This document shows, one piece after another, positions 19,589 through 28,959 of a stretch of 51,916 nt of DNA. Position numbers and translations under genes: made by a program. The DNA is from Clostridia bacterium (lineage in GTDB: Bacteria; CBDUZB01; JAGLHV01), in NCBI GenBank assembly GCA_030637025.1, contig DAOVVV010000019.1, forward strand, positions 1 to 51,916, given 5' to 3'. The number at the start of each line of letters is the position of its first letter. Position 1 is the stretch's first letter. The notes below the pieces were generated by a model. It did not search any database. It was not told the DNA's origin and worked only from the letters and a program-made list of their open reading frames with translations.

Positions 19589-22252
19589 CTACTCCAGATC
19601 GCTCCATCTTTTACCTGTTTTTATATTTACTTTTACCGGCACTTCCAGCTCTACTGCTCTTTCCATTTTTTCTTTGGCTATTTGAACAAGTAATTCTTTC
19701 TCTTCCTGTGGAACCTCAAAAATCAATTCATCATGTACCTGTAACAGCATTTTAGATTTTAAATTCTTTTTCTTCAATTCAGAATCTATTTGCACCATTG
19801 CCACTTTAATAATGTCAGCAGATGTTCCTTGTATAGGCATATTTATAGCTACTCGTTCTGCAAATTCTTTTAAAATACGATTTTTACTTTGAATTTCAGG
19901 AAGATATCTGCGACGATTGAAAAGCGTTAGCACATAACCGCATTTTTTAGTTTTTGTTAATGTTTTATCTATGAAGTTTTTAATCCCTTCGTATTTTATG
20001 AAATATTTTTCAATATAATCATGTGCTTGTCCCGGACTAATTCCTAATTCCTGAGCAAGACCGTAAGACGACATTCCATAAATAACACCAAAATTTATAG
20101 TTTTAGCCATCTTTCTCTTCTCCCGGGTAATTTCCTGGATAGGAATATTAAAAATTTCACTTGCAGTTTGATTGTGAACATCTTTTCCATAACAGAAAGC
20201 ATCTTTTAGATTCTTATCTTTTGAAAAATGGGCTAAAACTCTTAAATCTATTTGTGAATAATCTAATGATACTAAACACCACCCTTTTTGAGCAATAAAA
20301 GCTTTTCTAACCATCTTTCCCCTTTTTGTATGAACAGGAACGTTTTGCAAATTAGGGTCCGAAGAAGAAAGCCTTCCCGTTGCCGTAATCGTTTGGTTAA
20401 AAGAAGAATGAATACGTTTAGTCCAGGGATTAACTAATTTTAATAAAGCATCAACATATGTAGATTTTAGTTTTTGTAATTCTCTATATTTCAGAATTAC
20501 TACAGGTAAATTATGTGAAAAAGAAAGTTTTTTTAAAATATCCTCCGAAGTAGAAATCCCTGTTTTAGTTTTTTTTATAACCGGCAGCCCTAATTTTTCA
20601 AATAAAATAACGCTTAATTGTTTCGGGGAATTTATATTAAATTCTGTTCCGCTTTGAGCATAAATATCTTTTTTTAAATTATCAATTTCTCCTTCTAATT
20701 CAACTTTTATCTCTTTCAGATAATCAATATCCAAAAGAAAACCTTCCATTTGCATTTTTGCCAAGACTATAAGTAGCGGCATTTCTATTTCAGAAAAAAG
20801 TTTATCTAATTCTTTTTCCTTTAATTGAGCAGTTAAAATTCGTGCCAACTCTATTATATACCCTATATCCCTGCAGGCCAAGCCGGCAACTTCTTCTATT
20901 TTTATTTGGGAAATTTTCTTTTTTTCTTTTTTAATTAAATCTACAATGGTTGTTATTTTGCAATTTAAATATTCTAAAGTTATATTTTCCAGTTGATGTT
21001 TTCCCCTAGAGGGATTGAGCAAATAAGAAGCAACCATTACATCAAAGTCTACACCGCAAAGATTAATCCCCCTCTGTTTTAAAACAATGACACTAAATTT
21101 CAAGTCCTGTCCGCATTTTTTAATTTTTTCATTTTCGAAAACTAATTTCAGTTTTTCCAGAACATAATCACCCTCCAGCTGCCGGCAACATCCTACATAA
21201 TTATATGCAAGAGGTAAATAAAAAGCTTCCCCTTTTCTAAAGGCAAATGTAAAACTTAATATCTGCGCATCCATAGGATTGGGACTGATTGTTTGCATAC
21301 TAAAAGAAAATCTTTCTACTACACAAAGTTTTTTTAATAACTTCTCAAAATCTTTTTTCTCAGTAATAATCTCAAACTCATCTCTATTACTTTTTTTTTC
21401 TTTTATCCATTCTGTAATTAAATTTTTAAATTCAAGTTCTTTTAATATTTTTAAAAATTTATCCTGATCAATTTCTTTTAATTTACAATCATGAAAATCC
21501 AGATGGATTGGAACGTCTTTCACTAATGTAACTAACTTTTTGCTCATTTGCGCCACAGGAAAGAACTCTTTTATTCTCTCTTTAATTTTTCCCTTAAATT
21601 GAATCAAGTTGTTTTTTAAATTTTCTATAGTCCCATATTCCTGAATCAATTTAATTGCTGTTTTAGTTCCAATTCCCGGAATACCCGGAACATTATCCAC
21701 AGAATCTCCGGCTAAGCCCATAAACTCCACAACTTGTTTAGGCTCTATTCCCAGCACCTCTTTTACTTTTTCAAAATCATATATAATATTTTTAGATTCA
21801 TTCAGAACTGTTATCTTCTCATTTACCAGTTGCAACATATCCTTATCATTGCTTACTATAACGGTTGCTATTTCCTCCCTTTCTGCTTTTTGAGAAATAG
21901 TAGCAATCAAATCATCTGCTTCATAACCTTCTTTTTGGAAAAAAGAAATATTTAAAGCTTCTATTACTCTTTTACATAAAGGAACTTGTACCTTTAAATC
22001 TTCCGGCATAACCGGACGGTTTGCTTTATATTCAACAAATTCTTTGTGCCTAAAGGTTGGCCCCGGAAAATCGAAACAAACAACTAAATAATATGGCTTT
22101 TCCTGTTGAATGATTTTTAAAATCATTTTTGTAAACCCATAAACAGCATTAACCGGAAAGCCTTTCGAATTAACCAACGGAGGAATAGCATAAAAAGCCC
22201 TATAAAAGTAAGCATTTCCATCTATAAGGTATAACTTTTTATTAGTCATCAT
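19589..22252 (-). CDS. polA: DNA polymerase I
   Basis: 5' nuclease IDG...YKANR...EADD; TGRLSSSDPNLQN; DYSQIDLR; QVHDEL. Confidence 0.97.
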   Translation of the reverse strand: MMTNKKLYLIDGNAYFYRAFYAIPPLVNSKGFPVNAVYGFTKMILKIIQQEKPYYLVVCFDFPGPTFRHKEFVEYKANRPVMPEDLKVQVPLCKRVIEALNISFFQKEGYEADDLIATISQKAEREEIATVIVSNDKDMLQLVNEKITVLNESKNIIYDFEKVKEVLGIEPKQVVEFMGLAGDSVDNVPGIPGIGTKTAIKLIQEYGTIENLKNNLIQFKGKIKERIKEFFPVAQMSKKLVTLVKDVPIHLDFHDCKLKEIDQDKFLKILKELEFKNLITEWIKEKKSNRDEFEIITEKKDFEKLLKKLCVVERFSFSMQTISPNPMDAQILSFTFAFRKGEAFYLPLAYNYVGCCRQLEGDYVLEKLKLVFENEKIKKCGQDLKFSVIVLKQRGINLCGVDFDVMVASYLLNPSRGKHQLENITLEYLNCKITTIVDLIKKEKKKISQIKIEEVAGLACRDIGYIIELARILTAQLKEKELDKLFSEIEMPLLIVLAKMQMEGFLLDIDYLKEIKVELEGEIDNLKKDIYAQSGTEFNINSPKQLSVILFEKLGLPVIKKTKTGISTSEDILKKLSFSHNLPVVILKYRELQKLKSTYVDALLKLVNPWTKRIHSSFNQTITATGRLSSSDPNLQNVPVHTKRGKMVRKAFIAQKGWCLVSLDYSQIDLRVLAHFSKDKNLKDAFCYGKDVHNQTASEIFNIPIQEITREKRKMAKTINFGVIYGMSSYGLAQELGISPGQAHDYIEKYFIKYEGIKNFIDKTLTKTKKCGYVLTLFNRRRYLPEIQSKNRILKEFAERVAINMPIQGTSADIIKVAMVQIDSELKKKNLKSKMLLQVHDELIFEVPQEEKELLVQIAKEKMERAVELEVPVKVNIKTGKRWSDLE

Positions 22253-22270
22253 TCTTCACATTGATATTTA

Positions 22271-22951
22271 TCAACAAATTACCTCTTTTAGTTTTTCTGT
22301 ATCAAGAATAGTTATATAGTGCTCATCTATAACCAAATATCCATTTTTTTTAAAATTACTCAAAACTTTAGTAATAATCTCTCTGGCGGTACCGACTAAA
22401 TTGGCTAATTCCTGATGAGTTAATTCCATGTTAATTTTTATTCCTTTTTCGGTTTTTACTCCAGACTTGTCCACCAAATCTAAAAGTGCTGATGCTGTTC
22501 GTCCTACTATATTTTGAAAGGTCATTATCTGTATTTGTTTATTCGCTTCCCGCAAACGCAAACATAGTGTTTCTATTATATTAAAAAGTATTTCCGAACT
22601 ATCCTTAAGCAATAATCTAAAAGAATTATGATCTATTAGCAGCATTTCAGTTTCTTCTATCGCTTGAGCAGTAGCTGAGCGTAACTCTTTATCTAAAATA
22701 GCCATTTCACCAAAAAAATCTCCATTTTTTAATAACGCCAGAGTTTTTATTCTTCCCCCCGTAGAAACTTTAAAAATTTTAATCACCCCTAAACTTACAA
22801 TATATAATTTATCCCCTGCATCTCCTTCAGAGAATATTTTTTCTTCTTTTCTATAATTTTTTATATAGGCTATTTTAGCTATTCTATTTAAATTATGAGA
22901 AGAAAGTCTGAAAAAAAGCCCTACTTTTTTTAACAACTCAACTTTATCCAT
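22271..22951 (-). CDS. Crp/Fnr-family transcriptional regulator
   Basis: cNMP-binding GDFFGEMAI...RSATA; HTH THQELANLVGTARE. Confidence 0.92.
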   Translation of the reverse strand: MDKVELLKKVGLFFRLSSHNLNRIAKIAYIKNYRKEEKIFSEGDAGDKLYIVSLGVIKIFKVSTGGRIKTLALLKNGDFFGEMAILDKELRSATAQAIEETEMLLIDHNSFRLLLKDSSEILFNIIETLCLRLREANKQIQIMTFQNIVGRTASALLDLVDKSGVKTEKGIKINMELTHQELANLVGTAREIITKVLSNFKKNGYLVIDEHYITILDTEKLKEVIC

Positions 22952-23023
22952 TTTTTTCTCCGCAAATAAAATTAAATTATTTAAATTTTACCTTCCCCAA
23001 CTTTTCTTTAACTAATCCCCCTT

Positions 23024-24451
23024 TTACCGTTTTGTTTTTGTAGTTCCCCCTACTATTATTTGCGGAATTCGCAAAGTAGGCTGACCATCTGAAACAGGCA
23101 CACCCTGTCCATCTTTTCCACAAGTTCCAATATTAAAACCCAAATCATTTCCTAATTTATCAATAGAATTCAAAACTTCCGGGCCATTTCCTATTAAAAT
23201 AGCACCTCGCACTAATGGCCCAACCTTGCCATTAATTATCTCGTATCCCTCTTCTACTTCAAAAACAAAATCACCATTCGCAGTATTTACTTCTCCCCCT
23301 CCCATTTTCTTAACCAACAACCCTCTTTCTTGTGCTTTAATAATATTTTGAGGATCTTCTTTTCCCGGAGCGATAAAAGTATTACTCATCCGGGGAATAG
23401 GTTTAAAGCGGTAGGACGCACGCCTGCCATTTCCTGTCGATTTTGTATTATCTTTCCATGCACTAAAAAGATCATAAAGATAATTTTTTAAAATACCATT
23501 TTCTACTAAAATATTTCTTCTGGCAGGAATTCCTTCATCATCAAAAAGATAAGACCCTCTCTTAGTAAAAAGAGTGGGGTCATCAATAACTGTAATTAAT
23601 TCCGAACCTATTTTCTTTCCTTTCTTTCCAGCATAAGCGGGAGAAACACCTTTTTGTACTAAATCCGCTTCCAAACTATGCCCTATTGCTTCATGAATCA
23701 TAGTCCCCCCGGCTTCTGCAGATAAAATTACAGGCATACTTCCCGCAATTACCTGGGGAGCATTTAATAAATTTACCGCCCTCTTTGCCACCCCGGAGGA
23801 TAAACTTTCAATGTCATAACTGTCAAACAATTCAAACCCCAGTAACCCTCCAATAAGTTCATGACTTGTTTGAATGATTTTCCCATCAGAAGCAACTACG
23901 CTTATTAGAAATGTAGTATATATTCTCTTTTCACAATTATATAACCCGAAAGAATTAGCTACAATTATTTCTTTTATCACATTATTACAAATCACTTTAA
24001 CTTGTTTTACTTTTACATCTACTTTTCTTGCCGCTTTATTAGCCAGATTAACTAATTTAATTTTTTCATCTATCGGAATCATATCCGGCAACTTTTTTAT
24101 ATTATATAATTCATTTTTTTCATTATTAAGATGTTCATAAGTAAAAACATCCAGGCATTTTTTCTTTCCTTTTTCTTTATTTGTCCGGCATTCGCAAGAC
24201 AGCAATAAATTTTCACTTAACCCTCTTAGTTTTTTAGGAGAAAAATCGTTAGAGCTCGCGTACAATGTTTTTTCCCCTGTTAAAAAGCGAATTCCTAAAC
24301 CTTTATCCGTCCCGGAAGAAATATATTCAATTTTGTTTTCTTCACAAATTATATTAGTAGAACATGTATTTTCTACATAAATATCCGCAAAATCCGCTCC
24401 TTTTCCCAAAGCAATTTTAAATAATTCATTGGCTAAATTTTGAGTAAACAT
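23024..24451 (-). CDS. tldD: TldD metalloprotease
   Basis: HEAIGHSLEAD, DDEG, TGNGRR, PRMSNT, CGKDGQ. Confidence 0.92.
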   Translation of the reverse strand: MFTQNLANELFKIALGKGADFADIYVENTCSTNIICEENKIEYISSGTDKGLGIRFLTGEKTLYASSNDFSPKKLRGLSENLLLSCECRTNKEKGKKKCLDVFTYEHLNNEKNELYNIKKLPDMIPIDEKIKLVNLANKAARKVDVKVKQVKVICNNVIKEIIVANSFGLYNCEKRIYTTFLISVVASDGKIIQTSHELIGGLLGFELFDSYDIESLSSGVAKRAVNLLNAPQVIAGSMPVILSAEAGGTMIHEAIGHSLEADLVQKGVSPAYAGKKGKKIGSELITVIDDPTLFTKRGSYLFDDEGIPARRNILVENGILKNYLYDLFSAWKDNTKSTGNGRRASYRFKPIPRMSNTFIAPGKEDPQNIIKAQERGLLVKKMGGGEVNTANGDFVFEVEEGYEIINGKVGPLVRGAILIGNGPEVLNSIDKLGNDLGFNIGTCGKDGQGVPVSDGQPTLRIPQIIVGGTTKTKR

Positions 24452-24617
24452 AAACTTTATCGTCCTTTATTTTTAACTTTTAAAATGGAAATTATTTACC
24501 TTGCCGAAACGTTCTTACAATGCTTTTATAAAAACAAATACAGTAACAGGCACTTTTTAGAAATTTTTTTATATTAAAATAAATAAGTACTGAGGATCCC
24601 CGGCTGGAAATTTTTTA

Positions 24618-25367
24618 CTATATGAAAAAAATATATTTATTCATATCAGTTTTTATAAATATAACTCCTTTTAAAGCAAAGACATACAAAATTTCAGATA
24701 CATCTGATTCTGAAAAACCGGTTTTTTTTACTATTTCATCTTTTTTGGTTTTCCCATCTATTAAAGAAATTACTTCTTTCTCTTTGTCAAAAAGAAGTCC
24801 TCTTTGAGATTTCAGCTCTTCTTTCATTGTAAAAATTAAAGATTTTTCAGCAACAATATTTTTTTTTAATATTTCCGCCTTTTTATGCCACATAATTCCT
24901 CTACTAACTAAAACATTAATATCCGCTGAAAACTGTATTTTCTCTGTTTTCTTCAAAAAACTATCATCTAAATATTCTTTTTTAAACGCGTAAACTCCCT
25001 TTCCCCACGTATATACATCGTAAACCTCTTCTAAGAGCTGACGTTTTAATACTTCTACAAATTCATTCTGTGAAAAAATTTTTTGTTGCATCAAAATTTC
25101 TTCCATCGATTTATTCGTTTTACTTTGAATTTCTTTTATTTCTTTTATTTTCTCCTCTGAAATTTTTTTAAATCCTAAAATTATTCTTTCCAGTGGTATT
25201 TTTCTTGAAGAAGAAACCCAGCATAAATCTCCTTCTCTAAAATAAAAACTTTTTTCTACTTTATTTTCTAAATTAGTGATAACTAAAAAACCTGTTTCTT
25301 TGTTTTCATAAAAAGTTTTTAAAATTTTACTCAAATCAACCGGATTTAATTTTCCCTTAATATCCAC
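24618..25367 (-). CDS. DUF4388 (PatA_N-like) domain protein with possible C-terminal wHTH
   Basis: IKGKL..VDL..IL......TG.L.I, F.F.EG, W.KG.Y.F pattern; C-terminal LIDGKT...I. Confidence 0.75.
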   Translation of the reverse strand: MDIKGKLNPVDLSKILKTFYENKETGFLVITNLENKVEKSFYFREGDLCWVSSSRKIPLERIILGFKKISEEKIKEIKEIQSKTNKSMEEILMQQKIFSQNEFVEVLKRQLLEEVYDVYTWGKGVYAFKKEYLDDSFLKKTEKIQFSADINVLVSRGIMWHKKAEILKKNIVAEKSLIFTMKEELKSQRGLLFDKEKEVISLIDGKTKKDEIVKKTGFSESDVSEILYVFALKGVIFIKTDMNKYIFFI

Positions 25368-25465
25368 TCTTTGTTTTTCTCTCTTTTCTATTGAAAAATA
25401 CCCGCATCATATAAACATGTTTTTAAAAACTATTATCTCATAAAAATATTTACAAATACTATTTT

Positions 25466-26710
25466 CTACAACTTCATTTCCTGCAATTTATTAATTAGTT
25501 TAAACGCTTCCCGCAAGTTTTTTTCATCTAACAATTTTTTTACTTCATTTAACATATCCACCGCTTGTTGATTTTGTTTCTTTTCTGCTCTAGGAATTAA
25601 AAAATCTACTGTTTCTCTAATAACCCCGATTATTTCCTGCAGGTCTTTTGATTTTTTAATCTTTTCTTTAAAAATTTTTACAGCTTTTGAATGGTCTTCT
25701 TTTAGCCTGGTTTTTTCAGCATATAAATCCGTTTCCGCAAAAACTAAAATATCTTTAAGTAATTCCTTTGCCTTTGATACTGTTATTTCTCCGCCTTTTA
25801 ATGTTAGCTGAGAAATTGCAATTAACCTGTTTAAAACTCCTTCTAATTCTCTTACACTATTAGAAATATTTTGAGCCAGGAAAAAAATAACTTCATCAGA
25901 AAGTTTGATTTTGTTTTCATTTAAACTAAGTTTCTTTTTTAAAATAGCTACTCTGGTTTCCAAATCCGGGGGCTGAATATCTGTTATTATTCCCCCTGCT
26001 AACCTTGTTCTTAATCGTTCTTCAATATTTTTAAACTCTTCCGGGGGACAATCACTGGTAATTACAATCTGTTTATTCGCTTGTGATAAAGCATTGAAAG
26101 TATAAAAAAATTCTTCTTGCGCTGCTTCTTTTCCAATTAAAAACTGAATATCATCAATTAAAAAAACATCATTATTTCTGTACATATCCTGTAATTCGTC
26201 TACCGTATTGTTTTTTATTGCGTTAACTATATCTTTAACAAAACGTTCTGCATTAATATAAAATACTTTTGTTAATGGACTATTCTCAGCTAAATAATTG
26301 CCTATCGCATTTACTAAATGAGTTTTACCTAATCCCGTATGACTGTAAATAAGTAACGGATTATATTTACTCCCGGGAAATTTAGCCACTGCCACCGCTA
26401 CTGCATAGGTAAAACTATTTCCGCTACCTATTACGAAATTTTCAAACATAAATTTTTTCATTAAAGAAAGTCTTTTTTCTTTTAAGCAGGGTCTTTCACC
26501 TAAATCATATTTCTCCTCGCTTTTACCTTCAACAGGAAAAGACCTCCTTTCATATTGATAAAAAAGAACTTTCTCAATATCTTTTTTTCTACTAACAAAA
26601 GGCAAAATACAATAATCCGTTACTCTCCGTAAACCGTCAACAACTTCATCACTCACAGGATCCAACATACTTACAGCAAGGACATTATTAGATTTAGCAA
26701 TGGGAACCAT
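25466..26710 (-). CDS. DnaA-like AAA+ ATPase with N-terminal T2SSE_N/MshEN segment and no domain IV (3' part of a frameshifted gene starting at 26969)
   Basis: VPI....L.VSMLDP...VVD.L (T2SSE_N); FENFVIG, NPLLIYSHTGLGKTHL, IDDIQFL, RLRTRL, VRELEG; helical C-terminus. Confidence 0.85.
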   Translation of the reverse strand: MVPIAKSNNVLAVSMLDPVSDEVVDGLRRVTDYCILPFVSRKKDIEKVLFYQYERRSFPVEGKSEEKYDLGERPCLKEKRLSLMKKFMFENFVIGSGNSFTYAVAVAVAKFPGSKYNPLLIYSHTGLGKTHLVNAIGNYLAENSPLTKVFYINAERFVKDIVNAIKNNTVDELQDMYRNNDVFLIDDIQFLIGKEAAQEEFFYTFNALSQANKQIVITSDCPPEEFKNIEERLRTRLAGGIITDIQPPDLETRVAILKKKLSLNENKIKLSDEVIFFLAQNISNSVRELEGVLNRLIAISQLTLKGGEITVSKAKELLKDILVFAETDLYAEKTRLKEDHSKAVKIFKEKIKKSKDLQEIIGVIRETVDFLIPRAEKKQNQQAVDMLNEVKKLLDEKNLREAFKLINKLQEMKL

Positions 26711-26795
26711 ACAAAATTTTTTTGCTATATAATACGGTATCTGTTTTATAATGCCCTTTCCTATTTTATAATTTGCTAAATCGAAATAAACATAT

Positions 26796-26969
26796 TTATA
26801 TTTTTTTTTTCAAAAAATCTATCAAATCATCTTCTGAAAGACAATCATTTTTTATTAAATAGCCAACACTCGTTTCTCCTGCTCCAGCAATTGCCGCCTT
26901 TGCTTTTTGAAAGCAATCATTAGTTATTATCTTTTCCTGTTGAAGAATAACATCTAATTTCCTTACCAT
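26796..26969 (-). pseudogene. 57-aa MshEN-like 5' fragment, joined to 25466-26710 if one A is removed from an A10 run
   Basis: Translated by hand: MVRKLDVILQQEKIITNDCFQKAKAAIAGAGETSVGYLIKNDCLSEDDLIDFLKKKI*; with A9 it continues YKYVYFDLANYKIGKGIIKQIPYYIAKKFC-MVPI. Confidence 0.85.
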
Positions 26970-27059
26970 AAATTACCTTGCCTCAAAACCTTATCTTTTA
27001 TACAACTTCCATATTTAAAAAATTAACCCGCATCTGAAAATTTTAAAAGACACCTAAAC

Positions 27060-27755
27060 TTATTTTGACTGTTTGGCTATTTCCTCAACTACCTTGTTTA
27101 GAGAAAAAATCAAAGACCCCAGTCTAGCCATAGGTGTTGATAAAGAAACCAGAAATAATCTACTGTTTATTTTACAAAAAGAAACAAATCCTTTTTCATC
27201 ATTTACAAACATTTGAACAATTGTGGGCCTTTTTATTTTTTTATAATCTCTATAAAAATTAAAAAAAAGTTCGGGCACAGATAAAACAGTATCGTCTTTC
27301 AATTTACCACTTAATATCCGGAAAATAATTTCCCCCTCAAAATCAACAATTATCGCTCCCAATATTTGATTATCATCCGATACTAATTGCTTTAAAATTC
27401 TTTCCATTTTTTCTCTTATCGGCAAAACTTTCTCTTTTTCTTTAACCCTTTTTTCATCAATCCTTTTTATCCCTTCCATAAAAAGTTTCTGAATACTCGT
27501 TTTTATTGTTTCCTGACTTGACTGTTCGTTTATTTTAAATTCAAATTCTCCTTTCTCCCATAATAACATTTCAAAAATAACTTCCTGCCCAATTAAATTT
27601 TTTAAGGTTGCATGAACGACTTTCCCGGATTTAAAATATATTCTCCCTGTTTGATTATTATTTATTATTTCCAGGCACCCTGCTTTCCCCGCCATTTCTA
27701 AAATTTGAATTGTATCTGTTAAATTAACATCTTCCAGCGATCCGCGCAAACTCAT
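27060..27755 (-). CDS. DUF4388 + Roadblock/LC7 fusion protein
   Basis: MSLRGSLEDVNLTDTIQ...GRIYF..G.VVHA...WEKGEFEF; C-terminal GAIIVDFEGEII...ARLG. Confidence 0.8.
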   Translation of the reverse strand: MSLRGSLEDVNLTDTIQILEMAGKAGCLEIINNNQTGRIYFKSGKVVHATLKNLIGQEVIFEMLLWEKGEFEFKINEQSSQETIKTSIQKLFMEGIKRIDEKRVKEKEKVLPIREKMERILKQLVSDDNQILGAIIVDFEGEIIFRILSGKLKDDTVLSVPELFFNFYRDYKKIKRPTIVQMFVNDEKGFVSFCKINSRLFLVSLSTPMARLGSLIFSLNKVVEEIAKQSK

Positions 27756-27797
27756 TTTCTCCTCATCTCCTTTCCTAAACAGTTCAGTTATCTATTA

Positions 27798-28382
27798 TTA
27801 TTCTATTTCGAATTTTTCAATAACCAATTTACAAATTGCTTTAATTGTGGCAAAAACCCCTTTTCCTGTAGTAGCAATAGACTCAAAAGAAGGTTTTTTA
27901 TGTATATTTATCACTTCTTCCAAATGATTAAGTGTATTTATATCGGGTAAATCCCGTTTATTATATTGTATGGCACAGGGTAAAGTGTCAAAATCCAATT
28001 TATATTCTTTTAATCTATCCAACAGTTCCTTATAGCTATTTATGTTCTCCTTTAACCGCTGTTTCTGTGAATCAACAATAAAAGCAACTCCGTCTGCACC
28101 TTTTAAAATTATTTTTCGGCTCGCTTCATAATATTCCTGTCCGGGAACGGTATAAAGATGAAATCGGGTAGTAAACCCTTTTATTTTCCCTAAATCCAAA
28201 GGAAGAAAATCAAAAAATAAAGTGCGTTCCTGATCGGTCTTTAATGAAACCATTTTCCCTTTATAGGAAGGTGCTATCGATTGGTAAATATATTCCAGAT
28301 TAGTAGTCTTTCCCCCAAAGCCAGGACCGTAATACACAATTTTGAAATTAATTTCCCGTAACGCATAATTAAAGGACGCCAT
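27798..28382 (-). CDS. mglA: MglA small Ras-like GTPase
   Basis: REINFKIVYYGPGFGGKTTNL, RTLFFDFLPL, TVPGQ, NKRDLP. Confidence 0.95.
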   Translation of the reverse strand: MASFNYALREINFKIVYYGPGFGGKTTNLEYIYQSIAPSYKGKMVSLKTDQERTLFFDFLPLDLGKIKGFTTRFHLYTVPGQEYYEASRKIILKGADGVAFIVDSQKQRLKENINSYKELLDRLKEYKLDFDTLPCAIQYNKRDLPDINTLNHLEEVINIHKKPSFESIATTGKGVFATIKAICKLVIEKFEIE

Positions 28383-28915
28383 TATTCTTCCTTTTTTTTC
28401 TGACCATCAGGAGTAAAATTAGAATCCGAATCAGAAAAAATAGTATCTATTAAATTAGTAGCATATTCCTTGAAATCCGATAACTCTATTTTCACTCTTT
28501 CTTCTTCTTTTTTCCCTTCTTTAATTAAAGAATTTGTTACCTTCCGGGATACTGATTTTGCATAAAATCTAACCTTTCCTACACTTCCAAGATTTTCAAA
28601 CACTACCACCATCATCGCAATAGAACCCAACAAAGAAATATGCACATGCCGTTTTTCTCCCTGTTGAAGAAGAATACTGAATTCCTGTTCTCCCAGAAGA
28701 AAGGCAACTTCTTTTGTCGCAGCAAAAGACCCTGCCACTAATGCCGCTAAAGCAGTAGTGTTAATAAAAGAAACATCCCCTCTATTGGTTATTAATTGCC
28801 CGTCTTTGGTAATAAGAATTATACATATCGCTTTAGTTTGAACTATAAAATCATCTAAAAATTTATTAATTTGTTCTACCTGAGATGAAAAAGTAATCAT
28901 TTTATGATTCTCCAT
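28382..28915 (-). CDS. mglB: MglB roadblock GTPase-activating protein
   Basis: LITKDGQLI, LAALVAGSFAAT..VA.LLGEQEF.IL.QQG; translationally coupled to mglA. Confidence 0.9.
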   Translation of the reverse strand: MENHKMITFSSQVEQINKFLDDFIVQTKAICIILITKDGQLITNRGDVSFINTTALAALVAGSFAATKEVAFLLGEQEFSILLQQGEKRHVHISLLGSIAMMVVVFENLGSVGKVRFYAKSVSRKVTNSLIKEGKKEEERVKIELSDFKEYATNLIDTIFSDSDSNFTPDGQKKKEE

Positions 28916-28959
28916 TGCTTGATTTTTCTCCTTTTATATAATAAAATGAACCGCTCCGT

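Noticed and set aside
20840-21320. Degenerate 3'-5' exonuclease motifs in PolA (FSMQT instead of FDTET)
   Set aside because: The loss appears real but is common among bacterial Pol I proteins.
23024-24451. tldD without tldE/pmbA, or as part of the mgl operon
   Set aside because: The partner gene is often encoded elsewhere, and a 166-bp gap gives no sequence evidence of a functional link.
10779-26969. Calling either DnaA-like gene the canonical dnaA
   Set aside because: Both lack domain IV and the dnaN/gyrB context.
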